A stretch of 64,000 nt of DNA, taken from the IMG/VR virus record IMGVR_UViG_3300022555_000003, positions 128,001 to 192,000 of that record; one strand, given 5' to 3'. Of the stretch, positions 36,047-46,917 are shown piece after piece. The position numbers and the translations under genes were made by a program. Positions within the stretch are counted from its first letter, which is position 1. Each line of letters begins with the position of its first letter. Source of the DNA: a virus (Duplodnaviria > Caudoviricetes). The notes beneath the pieces were generated by a model. It saw nothing but the letters and a program-made list of their open reading frames with translations. It searched no databases and was not told the origin of the DNA.

Positions 36047-36983
36047 TTAACTTAACTAAATTGTGTTTGCCACAGAATTTTAAAAAATGTGTACCAATCA
36101 TTGCACGATCCAGAACTGAAATTTTTTCAATCGTTTCGTTTATTAATTGTCTAATTTCGGGAGGTTGAGCAGTTAGATCAATTAATGTCTTATTACGATT
36201 ATAATCATCTAAAACTTTGTGCTCAATATTATTGTGATCAACCCAACGTTGCATCATCAAATTAGTCCAAGCAAAACCTTGCTTGACATCATTAAATGCT
36301 TCCCGTAATCCAATTTTATTTTTAGAACTCTTTTCCCTTACTCCTGGATAAGCACTGAAAACGTGATCTGTTGAATCACCTCTAACAATTTTTTCAAACA
36401 ATGCAAACTTTGGATCGGGAATTTCTTTTGGCTGTTTCGTTTTCTTATCTAAAATCCTATTACCACGATAATCAAAGATGCCATCAACTGTAATTAATTC
36501 GCCAGTAATACCATTATACTGTTTTACATTTGATGCTAATAACTGAATAAAATCAGTATCGCTACTAATGATTACGTGATCATCATCTGGGTGAGTTTGA
36601 ACCCAGCCAGCAATTAAATCGTCTCCTTCCAATTGTTTATGCTGCAAAATAGTGCAGTTTGTTTTTTCATTCAAAAAATTTGTAAGTTGATCAAATCCTT
36701 CGAAAAATTGTTTAGATGTATCAACTTCTTCTTGCGTCTGAGCAGCCCTAGCTTCGATACGATGACGTTTATATGGAGGATAAAACTCTCTTCTCCAACT
36801 ACGACCTTCAAGACAAAATACAACATGATCGGCATTCTGTTCCCGCCAACATTTTGCAATGCTCGCTAAACTTGTATGAATAGAAAGACCTACTTGTTCT
36901 TCAATCGAGCTATTTTTATTACTGGCATGCATCATTCTAAAATACAGATTTGCCAAGTCCATTACAAGGTATGTCTTCTTCAT
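35997..36983 (-). CDS. rnh: RNase H / 5'-3' flap exonuclease (T4 rnh-like)
   Basis: LVMDLAN, SWRR..YP.YK.HR, LEGDD, SSDTDF.QL, GD.TD.V. Confidence 0.88.
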   Translation of the reverse strand: MKKTYLVMDLANLYFRMMHASNKNSSIEEQVGLSIHTSLASIAKCWREQNADHVVFCLEGRSWRREFYPPYKRHRIEARAAQTQEEVDTSKQFFEGFDQLTNFLNEKTNCTILQHKQLEGDDLIAGWVQTHPDDDHVIISSDTDFIQLLASNVKQYNGITGELITVDGIFDYRGNRILDKKTKQPKEIPDPKFALFEKIVRGDSTDHVFSAYPGVREKSSKNKIGLREAFNDVKQGFAWTNLMMQRWVDHNNIEHKVLDDYNRNKTLIDLTAQPPEIRQLINETIEKISVLDRAMIGTHFLKFCGKHNLVKLSDQASEFGRILSGQCK

Positions 36984-37003
36984 ATATATAATAAGTATAA
37001 CAT

Positions 37004-37633
37004 CTATTCTACAGAAAACCTACCATCACCCAAATGTGTTTTGTTTCCAGGAAGTCTCAATCGTTTTTCTGGATCAGCAATATCTTGCTCATAATTTTCT
37101 GCAATAATATTACGACAAATATTTTGAAACCACTGATCCACAATTTTTTCTTCGGAATCACCTTTGTATCCAGCTGCTTTTAATTGTGCTAGAAAAATAT
37201 CGTTCCAGTCTAGTTCAAATGATCCAATATCAGTATTATCTGTGTTTAGTGAAAAACCTAAAACATTGACCCAAGGCTTGCCTTCCTTAGTTGCTAGTTC
37301 TTTTTCTGATAATGGTACAATATAATTTACTACAATAAATTTTTCAATTTTGTTACTTTTTGAATCAATTGCTGAAAAAACAATGGTATTTGTACCTTCA
37401 ACTAATGGAACTTCTATATTCCAACTAATCTTACTAATTTCTTCTAATTTATTAACTTGTACTAAACCACTGAATTTTTCAGTATTATAAGTCATTGCTA
37501 CAATATCATACTTACTATTTATGACACCACTACAACGAACTGGTTGTTCTGATGTTTGCTGCAATACCGGACCATCAAATACTATTTCAGATGGAGTTGA
37601 TGATAAACCTAATAGATTTCTAATAAAGCTCAT
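37004..37633 (-). CDS. phage protein with Ig-like segment
   Basis: W..EVPLVEGTNTIVFSAID beta-sandwich then GKPWV...FELDWND...IVDQWF. Confidence 0.6.
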   Translation of the reverse strand: MSFIRNLLGLSSTPSEIVFDGPVLQQTSEQPVRCSGVINSKYDIVAMTYNTEKFSGLVQVNKLEEISKISWNIEVPLVEGTNTIVFSAIDSKSNKIEKFIVVNYIVPLSEKELATKEGKPWVNVLGFSLNTDNTDIGSFELDWNDIFLAQLKAAGYKGDSEEKIVDQWFQNICRNIIAENYEQDIADPEKRLRLPGNKTHLGDGRFSVE

Positions 37634-37964
37634 TGTTTCTCCTTTGTAACTCGTCGACCTGTTTAGATAATTTTTCAATTTCTCTATTTTTTGTGTGAAT
37701 AATATCTAACCTAGTCAATGCTGTATCACGCCACAATAAACCAACAGCTGAATGAGTTAATGTATTTAGATAATTATTGTTAGATTCTAATAGACTTACT
37801 GTGCGCTTTAATTCATATAATTCTTTATTGCTAGTCTGTATAGTTTCAAATAATTCTTCTATCTTATCTTGTAACAAAACTAATCTTTCAATGTTGTTCA
37901 CTTTAGGTTCCCCACTTGTTTCCAAATAATGATAATTGTAGCCTTGGACTAAAATGATAGCCAC
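37620..37964 (-). CDS. coiled-coil hypothetical protein
   Basis: heptad-rich; start uncertain. Confidence 0.45.
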   Translation of the reverse strand: MAIILVQGYNYHYLETSGEPKVNNIERLVLLQDKIEELFETIQTSNKELYELKRTVSLLESNNNYLNTLTHSAVGLLWRDTALTRLDIIHTKNREIEKLSKQVDELQRRNNELY

Positions 37965-38760
37965 GTTTCATAGCTTCTGTAGCTACATTGAATTCGTTAC
38001 TTTCATAAACATTTGTTACGCCACCAACTGGCATTACATATACTGGTCCATTAAAGTCATGATGTCGATATTCTTTAACAGCTTCATCAACTTCATCAAA
38101 GTGAGCAGGACAATCAACTACAAACTTAAGATAAGTAAATCCATACTGTTCATAACTGCTAACAATACTTGGTTGGATCGCAGCTTCCTTTGTTTCGCCA
38201 CTTGCACTTAACTTTGGACTTACTGAAAAGGTAAAATTAAGATGTCTGGTAAATATGAAACGCGACAAATCATTTGAGATCCATTTTGTTCCGTTCGTTT
38301 CAAACGTAACATTTCTAAGCCCTTTACTTTGCAAAATATCTAATAGCTCTGGATAAGCATCTTGCCACCCTAGTAATGGTTCTCCACCAGTAATTACTAG
38401 ATGGATGTCATTTCCATTAGGTTGAATCCACTTTTTATTTGGACAAAGGTCAGTAAGTTGATCTGCTAATTTATCTACACTAATAGTTGGGCTCAAATGT
38501 TTAAACTCAGAATAGACTGCTGGGTACGAATCACATCCTGTTTTAACAAGTGGCAAATCTTCTAAAACTTTGAATTGATCAATATTCTTAATAACTTCAG
38601 CTACTTCAGCATTATATTTGCCAACTGTTGGTACTGTAAGTCCAAAATCTTTACATCTAAAATTACATCCAAATGTTCGAAGAAAAATTGATAAATAACC
38701 AACAAAACGTCCCTCTGATTGATAAGAGGTGAATGTCTCACTTACTTTAATTTTATGCAT
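37903..38760 (-). CDS. queE: 7-carboxy-7-deazaguanine synthase
   Basis: SETFTSYQSEG, FLRTFGCNFRC...CDS, ITGGEP, ETNG, VSPK, LKFVV, PRLQ. Confidence 0.9.
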   Translation of the reverse strand: MHKIKVSETFTSYQSEGRFVGYLSIFLRTFGCNFRCKDFGLTVPTVGKYNAEVAEVIKNIDQFKVLEDLPLVKTGCDSYPAVYSEFKHLSPTISVDKLADQLTDLCPNKKWIQPNGNDIHLVITGGEPLLGWQDAYPELLDILQSKGLRNVTFETNGTKWISNDLSRFIFTRHLNFTFSVSPKLSASGETKEAAIQPSIVSSYEQYGFTYLKFVVDCPAHFDEVDEAVKEYRHHDFNGPVYVMPVGGVTNVYESNEFNVATEAMKRGYHFSPRLQLSLFGNKWGT

Positions 38761-38786
38761 ACTTATATTATATAATATTTTTTGAT

Positions 38787-39533
38787 TTATATCAAGTGAA
38801 TAATATCCCACAATCCAGTATCATGCTCAACCAAAACTGTACAACTTTCAACAAAGTCTCCACTATTTAAATAATCTATTCCATTAATAGATTTAATTTC
38901 TGGTGAGTGAACATGACCAACTATAATTCCTGCATATCCCTTACTTTTGCAATATTCTGATAAGCAACTTTCAAACTTAACCAAGTGATTAGCTGCCCGC
39001 TTAATATTTTTTTTGACAAACTTGCTAAAGCTCCAATGTTTAAGTCCAATTTTGTGACGTGCAATATTCAACGCACTATTACATTCGATTAAGACATCAT
39101 ATCCAATTGAACCAAATTTTGATAACCAAGGAGCCACTCTTGTTATTCCATCAAACAAATCACCGTGTGTTACAATATAACTGTGACCGTCAACGCAAAT
39201 GTGTTCAACTTCATTACAAATTGTTATTCCACCAAAATTTACAGAATCTTTAATAATTGGTCTCAAAAATTCATCATGATTACCAGTTATATAAAAAACT
39301 TTTGTTCCTTGCTTACTTTTTTTAAGAATTTGTTTGATAACATCATTATATGATTCTTTCCAACGCCATTTACGTTTTAAAGCCCAACCATCTAATATAT
39401 CACCATTAAGATAAAGAAACTCACACGTACTATGTTTCAAAAAATCAGCAGCTTCATTTGGATGACAATGTTTTGAGCCCAAATGTAAGTCACTCATAAC
39501 TACAGTTTTATAATGTGTTTTTTCTTTGTGCAT
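38787..39533 (-). CDS. LpxH-like metallophosphoesterase
   Basis: SDLHLGS, NGDILD, GNHDE, HGDLFD, GHVH, NSGDFVE. Confidence 0.85.
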   Translation of the reverse strand: MHKEKTHYKTVVMSDLHLGSKHCHPNEAADFLKHSTCEFLYLNGDILDGWALKRKWRWKESYNDVIKQILKKSKQGTKVFYITGNHDEFLRPIIKDSVNFGGITICNEVEHICVDGHSYIVTHGDLFDGITRVAPWLSKFGSIGYDVLIECNSALNIARHKIGLKHWSFSKFVKKNIKRAANHLVKFESCLSEYCKSKGYAGIIVGHVHSPEIKSINGIDYLNSGDFVESCTVLVEHDTGLWDIIHLI

Positions 39534-39544
39534 TATGTTATTTA

Positions 39545-39769
39545 TCAGACTATTTTGAATAACAATCCAATTACGTAAATGACAACGAAAAAACTGTTCA
39601 ATAAAACCAGGCTACTTTGTCTCCATCTATAGCCAATCCAAGCCCAGCCAATGGAACCAAACAAGCCAATTATAATGTTCGCTGGAAAAACATTAAATGC
39701 ATTCAATACTACACTGACGGCAGTCATCAAACTTGCTGACCATTTAACAAAGTTTTCTAATTTATTCAT
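39545..39769 (-). CDS. small membrane protein
   Basis: three hydrophobic segments. Confidence 0.6.
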   Translation of the reverse strand: MNKLENFVKWSASLMTAVSVVLNAFNVFPANIIIGLFGSIGWAWIGYRWRQSSLVLLNSFFVVIYVIGLLFKIV

Positions 39770-40063
39770 TTATATAGTACCATAACATTAAGATACACAA
39801 AAATACTACTAACAATGGAATATCAACCAAACAACAAATTGCTATTGTTAGCAATATGCTTATCAATATTTTATTTCTTAATTGTTTCAAAATTTACTCT
39901 TCATCAGTCTGATCAACTACTTTGTATACAACCGAAAATAATAACAATATAGTCAATACTATAGCCAATATTCCAGCTGTCATGGTTTCAAAGAATGTTG
40001 TGGACAATATCATAAAGAATAAAATCCAAATTATCCAACTTCGATATTTTACTATAACATGTT

Positions 40064-40615
40064 CTAGCATGAAAATTCACTTCGACTCTTAGTTGATTCC
40101 CACCAAGTAATATTTGATACCTTTACATTGAGGTCTTTCATCTTTTCTTGAACAATATCAGCTAGCCACTTGCTCAAATTTTCACTCGTTGGAACAAAGT
40201 CTACAATAAAGAAACTATCAAGTAATTCCTTTTCTTCTGTAGTATTTACAGTAGCCATATCTAAATATAACGTATCTGGTACACGACCAGCAGTCATTAA
40301 TCTACCTGGCACAATAACTGGCATAGTTGAAACTGATCCAACTAATCTATTATACAAAGGATCGTGACTATCGATAATAAACTTATGGTCAATATATGTG
40401 TTTAAGAATTCCTTTAACCAATTTAAATTATTAAAATCAACAACCATACCATTTGTTAAAGTATCTGATGTCATAGTGACTGTTACCTTAACTTCATGAC
40501 CGTGAATATGTCTACATTTACATACTGTAGTCTTAGCATATTCGGAAGATAGTGATTGACTCCAGACTCTATGCCCCATACAAAAATCAAAATCTTTAGA
40601 AATTGTATATCCCAT
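40064..40615 (-). CDS. queD: 6-carboxy-5,6,7,8-tetrahydropterin synthase
   Basis: F..GHR, CRHIHGH, GMVVDF, PTSENL. Confidence 0.9.
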   Translation of the reverse strand: MGYTISKDFDFCMGHRVWSQSLSSEYAKTTVCKCRHIHGHEVKVTVTMTSDTLTNGMVVDFNNLNWLKEFLNTYIDHKFIIDSHDPLYNRLVGSVSTMPVIVPGRLMTAGRVPDTLYLDMATVNTTEEKELLDSFFIVDFVPTSENLSKWLADIVQEKMKDLNVKVSNITWWESTKSRSEFSC

Positions 40616-40618
40616 TAT

Positions 40619-40837
40619 TTATCGAATCACCATAGCAAGTTTTGCTTCGCTTAATACCTTTTTTGGATTAACACCTAATACATATTTTATGCTAAATCCT
40701 GCACCACCAATATAGCTTGCTTTAATATCAGATACTTCGTTCCCTTCAGAATCTACATCAGCTATAGAAGCAAAAGGCAATAATGCTTGCTCCAATTCTT
40801 GAATTCGCTTTCTTAAAGTAAATACTTCGTTAGTCAT
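40619..40837 (-). CDS. hypothetical protein
   Basis: 72 aa, ATG 5 nt after TATAAT. Confidence 0.55.
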   Translation of the reverse strand: MTNEVFTLRKRIQELEQALLPFASIADVDSEGNEVSDIKASYIGGAGFSIKYVLGVNPKKVLSEAKLAMVIR

Positions 40838-40909
40838 AATTAATTATAGCACGTCCTACTAAAAAACTCAAACTTGATTCAAATGTCATCTAACATTTTC
40901 TCTATATAA

Positions 40910-41320
40910 CTACTTTTTTGCCCAACCTATACCTTTTCCACTTGCAGCAGCACGTCTTAAAATTGAAGTTGGATAACATTGATAGTAGTTCGAAATCACA
41001 TCAGCCATCCGTTTTGCACCTACTGGATTGTGGCTATGAACAATTGGAACTTCTTCGGGCCAAATATCATTTTCTTCCATCCATAAAACTATGTCGTAGC
41101 CTGTTTTTTCAGTAAATGGATCATACATATTTCTATATTGTAAAAATGATAAATCATGATCAATAGAACATTGTCTAACTTTATTAGTCTTTAAAATTTC
41201 TATTGCTTCATCATAATTCTTTGCCCATACCCAACCAATGTATGGGCACTCTCTTACATCATCAATCCACAAGTCAACATAATTTTTTTCGTTATCCATT
41301 TTGCTCGTATAGTTCAACAT
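40910..41320 (-). CDS. cyclic-phosphate-processing receiver-like domain protein
   Basis: LWIDDVR, SIDHDL, KTGYD, VHSHNPVG. Confidence 0.8.
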   Translation of the reverse strand: MLNYTSKMDNEKNYVDLWIDDVRECPYIGWVWAKNYDEAIEILKTNKVRQCSIDHDLSFLQYRNMYDPFTEKTGYDIVLWMEENDIWPEEVPIVHSHNPVGAKRMADVISNYYQCYPTSILRRAAASGKGIGWAKK

Positions 41321-41639
41321 TGTTAATACCCGTAATTATTTCAGGTTCAACAGGTTGATCACTTAACAATCTATCTGCATGAGTTTTTAATACTTTAGAT
41401 AATCTGATAGTTTCTTTTGGAGACAATAAAATTTCATCAAACGCACCATAACGACATTGATGTCCAAAAATATATTTGAGTGAAATCCAAAGTCTCTCAT
41501 ATATCGTTCGACTTTTTGTCAGATGAATACTTAAATAAACATATCTATCATCAACCAAATCTTCGTTATCATCAAAACTTTGAATAATAAATTGATGTTC
41601 AGTACAGCTACAATCACAAACAAATAAATCTCTACTCAT
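41292..41639 (-). CDS. hypothetical protein
   Basis: 115 aa, CDCSC..H. Confidence 0.6.
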   Translation of the reverse strand: MSRDLFVCDCSCTEHQFIIQSFDDNEDLVDDRYVYLSIHLTKSRTIYERLWISLKYIFGHQCRYGAFDEILLSPKETIRLSKVLKTHADRLLSDQPVEPEIITGINNVELYEQNG

Positions 41640-42078
41640 TTTCGTCAGTATCCTTTACTTCTTGCCATCCTAAATTTTTGAGATCTTCTCTGATCTCATC
41701 TGTAACTGTTCCTTCGCCAACATATTCTGATACATGTGAGGAATTAATATGATCATAAGATGTTTTGAACATATCTGCACAATCATCTAGCATATCTGCA
41801 TCTACTGCCATTCCACTACAATACCAATCAATATATGTTTCATCTGCTGCACCAGGAGTTACTCCATTTCTAATTTGTGCAACTATTGATCCAGAATGTC
41901 TCCAAGAACATCCCCAGGTTTCACTTTTTAAGATGGATATAACTTCTATTGCTTGCCAAGTTGTATTGCACAATGCAGCATATAAATTCTGAGCATAAGA
42001 ATCAGAAACACATTTACCACATATTACCAAACTCGTTAGTAAATCTTTTTCTAAATCCTTGATTTGATCTACGTCCAT
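41632..42078 (-). CDS. conserved phage hypothetical protein
   Basis: YAQNLYAALCN, SWR..G, YIDWYCSG, EG.VT.EI..DL..LGW. Confidence 0.7.
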   Translation of the reverse strand: MDVDQIKDLEKDLLTSLVICGKCVSDSYAQNLYAALCNTTWQAIEVISILKSETWGCSWRHSGSIVAQIRNGVTPGAADETYIDWYCSGMAVDADMLDDCADMFKTSYDHINSSHVSEYVGEGTVTDEIREDLKNLGWQEVKDTDENE

Positions 42079-42905
42079 AGTTCACTCCGATGATCTATTA
42101 CTTCTTTAAGCCACTTAGTATCTTCATCAAAATATTGCTTTTCAATCTCGTTGACAAGTTCGTATAAAGCATGTTGCTCTTCTTTTTCTTCTTGGGTAAT
42201 CTTACTATTGAATTGCCACATACCATCGCCATATTTTTCTGTCAATCTTTTCGAAAAAGCAGTAATTCCAGATTTATCATAAGGATCAACACGAGATGGG
42301 CGTTCGATAGTCCACCACTTATATGCTGACAATAACCAAATAGCTGATTCAGCTTGTGGAGTTAGTTTTCCTAACAATGGATCGCTTTCTTCTATTCCAC
42401 AATCAGTATTATATACTAATCCTATTTCCAAATTTAAGTGATCAATGCCAGCTTCTGCACAACGCCATTCGCTCCACCGCAATGGCCAAAACTTATGCCA
42501 AAATGGATTAGAGTACTTTTTATTATCTTTACCACCACACCATACTTGCATATGAGCCTTTTCAATCTCAATAAAATCAACTAGCTCATTAAATACACCA
42601 TGAAGTAACTTAGTATCATATTCATGAAATTTACCTTTAGGTAAACCTGTTTTAAGCATATGCGAAGAAATAAACCTATTTCTTAAATAGTACTTAACTT
42701 CATATAATGGATCAATCAAAAGTTCAGCTGGCTTTTCTAAAAGATCAGGCAATGTTTCTGTTACCCAATATGCAAATGGTTTATTAACTTTGGCTGCGGC
42801 ATGATAAGTTTCCCATTCATCCCACGGTAATGCTTCAGGCTTATCAACACAAAGCTTTTTACGTAACCAAAGAAAAAACTTACTCTCAGAATAATATCTA
42901 TTCAC
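42069..42905 (-). CDS. conserved phage hypothetical protein
   Basis: 278 aa Trp-rich ORF. Confidence 0.7.
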   Translation of the reverse strand: MNRYYSESKFFLWLRKKLCVDKPEALPWDEWETYHAAAKVNKPFAYWVTETLPDLLEKPAELLIDPLYEVKYYLRNRFISSHMLKTGLPKGKFHEYDTKLLHGVFNELVDFIEIEKAHMQVWCGGKDNKKYSNPFWHKFWPLRWSEWRCAEAGIDHLNLEIGLVYNTDCGIEESDPLLGKLTPQAESAIWLLSAYKWWTIERPSRVDPYDKSGITAFSKRLTEKYGDGMWQFNSKITQEEKEEQHALYELVNEIEKQYFDEDTKWLKEVIDHRSELWT

Positions 42906-43362
42906 TTGATTTCTCCCACGGAAAATGCGTATTTATTTTATTACAGTCTTTATTAATATAGTGAGCACAGAAGTCAATTTCTTTCCATTCACTTCGTTCA
43001 TTGTTGACAAGAACTGCAAACTTCACATTGTTATGCCAAACATTTTCCCATTCTTTACTATTTGGAGAACAAGATGATTTCCAATCTGAAACAATCCAAT
43101 TGAAAAAGTCACCTCTATTATTTAAATCCAGCATAACTAAAATGTTTGTTCGCTTTTCATATGCATCTTCTGCAAGCCAACAAACCGAAGCGTCCATTTT
43201 AATAACTTCAAGCTCGACATCTAATAGCTCACTCAACATTGTAGCTGGAATAACTCCTGTTGGAGACAATCCAACAATGTATTCTGGCATCCACCCACTC
43301 AGCGCAATATTAAGCGCCAATCCATGTACATCTTTCTCAACATCTGACCATGTATATTTCAT
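42898..43362 (-). CDS. degenerate type I phosphoribosyltransferase-like protein
   Basis: YTW..V...PEYIVGLS..GVIPATMLS..L and NILVMLDLNNRG in place of the PRPP loop. Confidence 0.6.
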   Translation of the reverse strand: MKYTWSDVEKDVHGLALNIALSGWMPEYIVGLSPTGVIPATMLSELLDVELEVIKMDASVCWLAEDAYEKRTNILVMLDLNNRGDFFNWIVSDWKSSCSPNSKEWENVWHNNVKFAVLVNNERSEWKEIDFCAHYINKDCNKINTHFPWEKSSE

Positions 43363-44040
43363 TTACGGCATCCTACTTATAATTGACATAAATTCTTGTT
43401 TCAAAGAATTATCTTCGCGTTTAAATACGCCTCTCATAACACTTGTTGTCATGGCTGAATCATGTTCCTTGACCCCCCGAGCTGTCATACAACCATGTTC
43501 AGCTTGAATTAATATTGCAACGCCTTCTGCTTTTGTTTCTGTTTCAATTGCATCAGCAATTTGAATAGTCATCTCTTCTTGAATCTGCGGCCTGCTTGCA
43601 ACCCAATTTACAATTCGATTAAACTTACTTAGCCCAATAACAGTTTTACCAGGAAAAATGCCAATATAGGCCTTACCAGTAATATTTTGCATATGATGAG
43701 CGCAAGTTGATCTAATAGATACAGGCCCTGCAACCATAATTCCTTCATATGAATTTATATTAGGAAAAGATGTTACTGCTGGCATTGGTTGATATCTACC
43801 AGAAAAGATTTCATTAACCATCATCTTTGCAACACGTCTAGCAGTATCTTGGGTATTATGATCCTTTTCGGTATCAATAACTAAACTCTTCAATACTTCT
43901 TCATACTTCTGAGTAACTTCACTAATTAGTAATTCTATTTCATCTTGATTAACATATTTACTAATGTTATGATTTGCAAGGTAAGAATCACCGCTTTCAA
44001 TAATTCTTCGTCTAATTACGTCGCTTATATTATCCATCAT
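43363..44040 (-). CDS. folE: GTP cyclohydrolase I
   Basis: TARRVAKM, STCAHH, GLSKFNR, RPQIQEE, HGCM..RGV. Confidence 0.95.
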   Translation of the reverse strand: MMDNISDVIRRRIIESGDSYLANHNISKYVNQDEIELLISEVTQKYEEVLKSLVIDTEKDHNTQDTARRVAKMMVNEIFSGRYQPMPAVTSFPNINSYEGIMVAGPVSIRSTCAHHMQNITGKAYIGIFPGKTVIGLSKFNRIVNWVASRPQIQEEMTIQIADAIETETKAEGVAILIQAEHGCMTARGVKEHDSAMTTSVMRGVFKREDNSLKQEFMSIISRMP

Positions 44041-44063
44041 ATTATTGTAACATACTCCTTACC

Positions 44064-44399
44064 TTAAGTCAAATGAGACTTTCCAGATATTACATCATTA
44101 GTGCATGAAACTTGCAATGCTAATACAATTGGAATCATCCAACCACCCATGCACACAAAATATATCAACATGGCTATCCAATAGCAATTACTAAACCACA
44201 CATACGGAATCTGTTGAATAGATGAACATGCTGTGCCAAATGATACTATACAAATAGGAATATTACATAGCCAAATAAATAAATTTCCGCACCACATAAG
44301 TGCAAATGGCATGAAAGCCGCTAATGCTAATACAACTACTGTTAACCCGCAGTTAACGCTAAACAATATTCTGTTTGCTGTATTCAAAAATTCTTTCAT
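44064..44399 (-). CDS. membrane protein
   Basis: several hydrophobic segments. Confidence 0.55.
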   Translation of the reverse strand: MKEFLNTANRILFSVNCGLTVVVLALAAFMPFALMWCGNLFIWLCNIPICIVSFGTACSSIQQIPYVWFSNCYWIAMLIYFVCMGGWMIPIVLALQVSCTNDVISGKSHLT

Positions 44400-45472
44400 T
44401 TTAGATTCTCCAATAATTTAAATGCGTGGAAAAACTTTTTATATGACGAATTCATATAACTACTAACATATGGTAAAAATGTGTCATAATATACAATACG
44501 TTCACGTATCATGCATTTGATAATTTCTCTGTTTTCCATATAAGATTCCCAGTTTGTTGTCCAATTTGATGGATACAAAAATTTAGGATGATTCTTAAAA
44601 ATTTCTGTATAGCTCAATCTATTTGGAGCAAAAGGAATTGCTTTAACAATTGGTCCTTCAGCACAAGTTGTGATACCTAGTGTTTCTTGCAGATTGGCAC
44701 TAAACAATACTTTCGATTCTCCAAGAATTTTATGATATTCTTTCTTAGACAATTGCTTATCTTGACAAATAACAAATTCATATTCTGGTAATTCTTTCGC
44801 TAGATCCCTAAAAATTTCTGGCTGTTTTTCTACTGAGACACGATGTGGAAATACAACTAAATTTCGTTTTGTAACTCCTTCAATATCATTCGAAATATCA
44901 CGTTTCAAATTTTCAAAAGGCCAACCAGTCTGGATAATCTTTTTAGTTTTTAGTACATGCTGTAATGTTGCTCCAGATCCGTACAATAGATTATCCCAAA
45001 ACATATTAATATGAAATTCTGTTGCAAAATAATTATGATCAATTGCATTATATAAACTTATTTCGAAGTTTGTTAACCAATCTTGTTTACCTAATCTACC
45101 CAACCCATCATTTTTATCGTAATTTCCGGCATGCCAAAGTCCATGGATCTTAACTGGGGTGTTTAAAAGGGAACTCATATACTTTAAACTAATGATTGTT
45201 GGATTCCAAGCATCAGTAAATAAGAATTGGTCGCCTTCTTTAATAATTTTATCAGAAAATAATTTTGCTATTTTTTTACATTGTTCGGCTTTAAAAGTGT
45301 TTGTTCCAGCAAAATCTAAGAACATTCCTGGTGTAGGAATAGTTCCAGTTAACAATTCTCCTTTGATTATCATATTCTCAATACCATTTTCTTTTAAAAG
45401 TTTAGGAATATGTGTTGCCCACTGACAAGTATAACGTGTTGGTATATTTTCAAGTTCTACAATATAAAGCAT
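44396..45472 (-). CDS. GT-B (GT4-like) glycosyltransferase
   Basis: FPHRVSVEKQPE, SANLQETLGI, PNRLSYTE. Confidence 0.75.
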   Translation of the reverse strand: MLYIVELENIPTRYTCQWATHIPKLLKENGIENMIIKGELLTGTIPTPGMFLDFAGTNTFKAEQCKKIAKLFSDKIIKEGDQFLFTDAWNPTIISLKYMSSLLNTPVKIHGLWHAGNYDKNDGLGRLGKQDWLTNFEISLYNAIDHNYFATEFHINMFWDNLLYGSGATLQHVLKTKKIIQTGWPFENLKRDISNDIEGVTKRNLVVFPHRVSVEKQPEIFRDLAKELPEYEFVICQDKQLSKKEYHKILGESKVLFSANLQETLGITTCAEGPIVKAIPFAPNRLSYTEIFKNHPKFLYPSNWTTNWESYMENREIIKCMIRERIVYYDTFLPYVSSYMNSSYKKFFHAFKLLENLK

Positions 45473-45477
45473 AATTA

Positions 45478-45506
45478 ATTATAACAAACTCTTATATTAA
45501 AGTCAA
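45478..45506 (-). promoter_or_regulatory. class II promoter
   Basis: TTTGACTTTAAT...TTTGTTATAAT, 17-bp spacer, ATG 5 nt later. Confidence 0.8.
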
Positions 45507-45526
45507 ATTTAGATAAATAAAAATGC

Positions 45527-45559
45527 GTGATAAGACAGACCATTAATCTGTCTTATCAC
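45527..45559 (+). other. 13-bp hairpin in leader of GIY-YIG gene
   Basis: GTGATAAGACAGA-CCATTAA-TCTGTCTTATCAC, downstream of GATAAATA at 45512-45519. Confidence 0.7.
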
Positions 45560-45589
45560 TAAACAGTTCAATCTACAAAGGAGATCGAC

Positions 45590-46516
45590 ATGTCTACTCG
45601 TATTTATTATACAGTATATAAAACTACAAATTTATTAAATGGAAAATATTATATTGGAAAACACAAAACAACCACCCCTAATGATTATTATTTAGGATCC
45701 GGTCTTGCATTAAAGAATGCAGTTAAAAAATATGGAAAGGATCAATTTGTTAAAAAAGTTATATGTATTTGTGAAACAGACGAATATGCTTATCTAATTG
45801 AAAGCAAATTAGTTACTAAATTAATAATAAAAGATGAAAATTGTTATAATATAGTATGTGGCGGGGGAGGGTTATATAATTCAGAAAAAGCGCACCAAAC
45901 TAGAATAGAAAAATATAACGGTAAATATTTTTCTGAAGACGGAACAAAATCAATGAAAAGCTTTACAAGTGCATATACTAAAGCTAATAACCCAATGCAT
46001 AAATTAATAGTACAGAAAAAATATTACGATTCAATAGCACAAAAGATTGGATATTCTGATCATCAAGAATATGTTATGGCAGTGAAACAAGCATTTGAAC
46101 AATGCAAAACTATAAAAACAACATCTGACTTTACTGGGCACCCACAACAAACCATTTTACATTTATTATTAAAACATTTTGGAAAAGACTATATTGATGA
46201 TATCAGAAAAGAAGGATTTAAAGAAGCTAGGCAAAGACAAACAAACAATTTTATATTGTCACAATTTTGTAGATCTAAAAAAGATGGAAAACTTAATCAT
46301 AATGCGTATATTTGGTTAGGAAAATCTCCCGAAAATAATATTTTTATTATATTTGGAAAACGTATTCAATTCTGCAGAGATAACAAAGTTAACACTTCGC
46401 TGGACCCAACTAAAGACCATTTAAGAAAAGGATGGACTTTTCAAAAAATATGCAAAGTGAAAGATTATTCACAACAACTTATCAGTAAATACGAGAATAT
46501 AACAATTTATGATTAA
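45590..46516 (+). mobile_element. free-standing GIY-YIG homing endonuclease-like gene (Seg-like)
   Basis: VYKTTNLLNGKYYIGKH, YLGSG, YN; inserted antisense into the deazaguanine locus. Confidence 0.85.
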
Positions 46517-46917
46517 TACCATTTGTAAATAACCTCACACCCATTTTCATCATCCTCACTTACGTTAATGTGAACTTCTCGCTGTGGGTATCTTCCAGCT
46601 ATATTTAAGTATAGCATATCAGCAATCATTTCACAACTACTGTTATTTAGATTTAATATTCCTGTGGTATATAATTTTTCACACCACCGTTTAAATTGGA
46701 TAAATTCGATATCTCTATTGTCATGAAATACTTCAATCTTTACTTTAAAATGAAAAATATGTCTGTGCGGATGTTGTAAAAAACTTACGTCATCAAGATT
46801 TGGATCAAAACCAGCAGCTGGATAACAATGGATTCCTTCTTTTTGAAAAGTAATCCAAATGAATTTCTTAGAATTACAAATATTACTTTCTACTTTGATA
46901 CGTTCATCCATTGTCAT
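46513..46917 (-). CDS. second QueD-like T-fold protein
   Basis: EGIHCYP, HPHRHIFH, RDIEFIQFK, SCEMIA, VSEDDENG. Confidence 0.65.
   Translation of the reverse strand: MTMDERIKVESNICNSKKFIWITFQKEGIHCYPAAGFDPNLDDVSFLQHPHRHIFHFKVKIEVFHDNRDIEFIQFKRWCEKLYTTGILNLNNSSCEMIADMLYLNIAGRYPQREVHINVSEDDENGCEVIYKWY

Noticed and set aside
40615-44060. preQ1 riboswitch near queD/folE/queE
   Set aside because: These genes have almost no 5' UTR and no preQ1 consensus was recognised.
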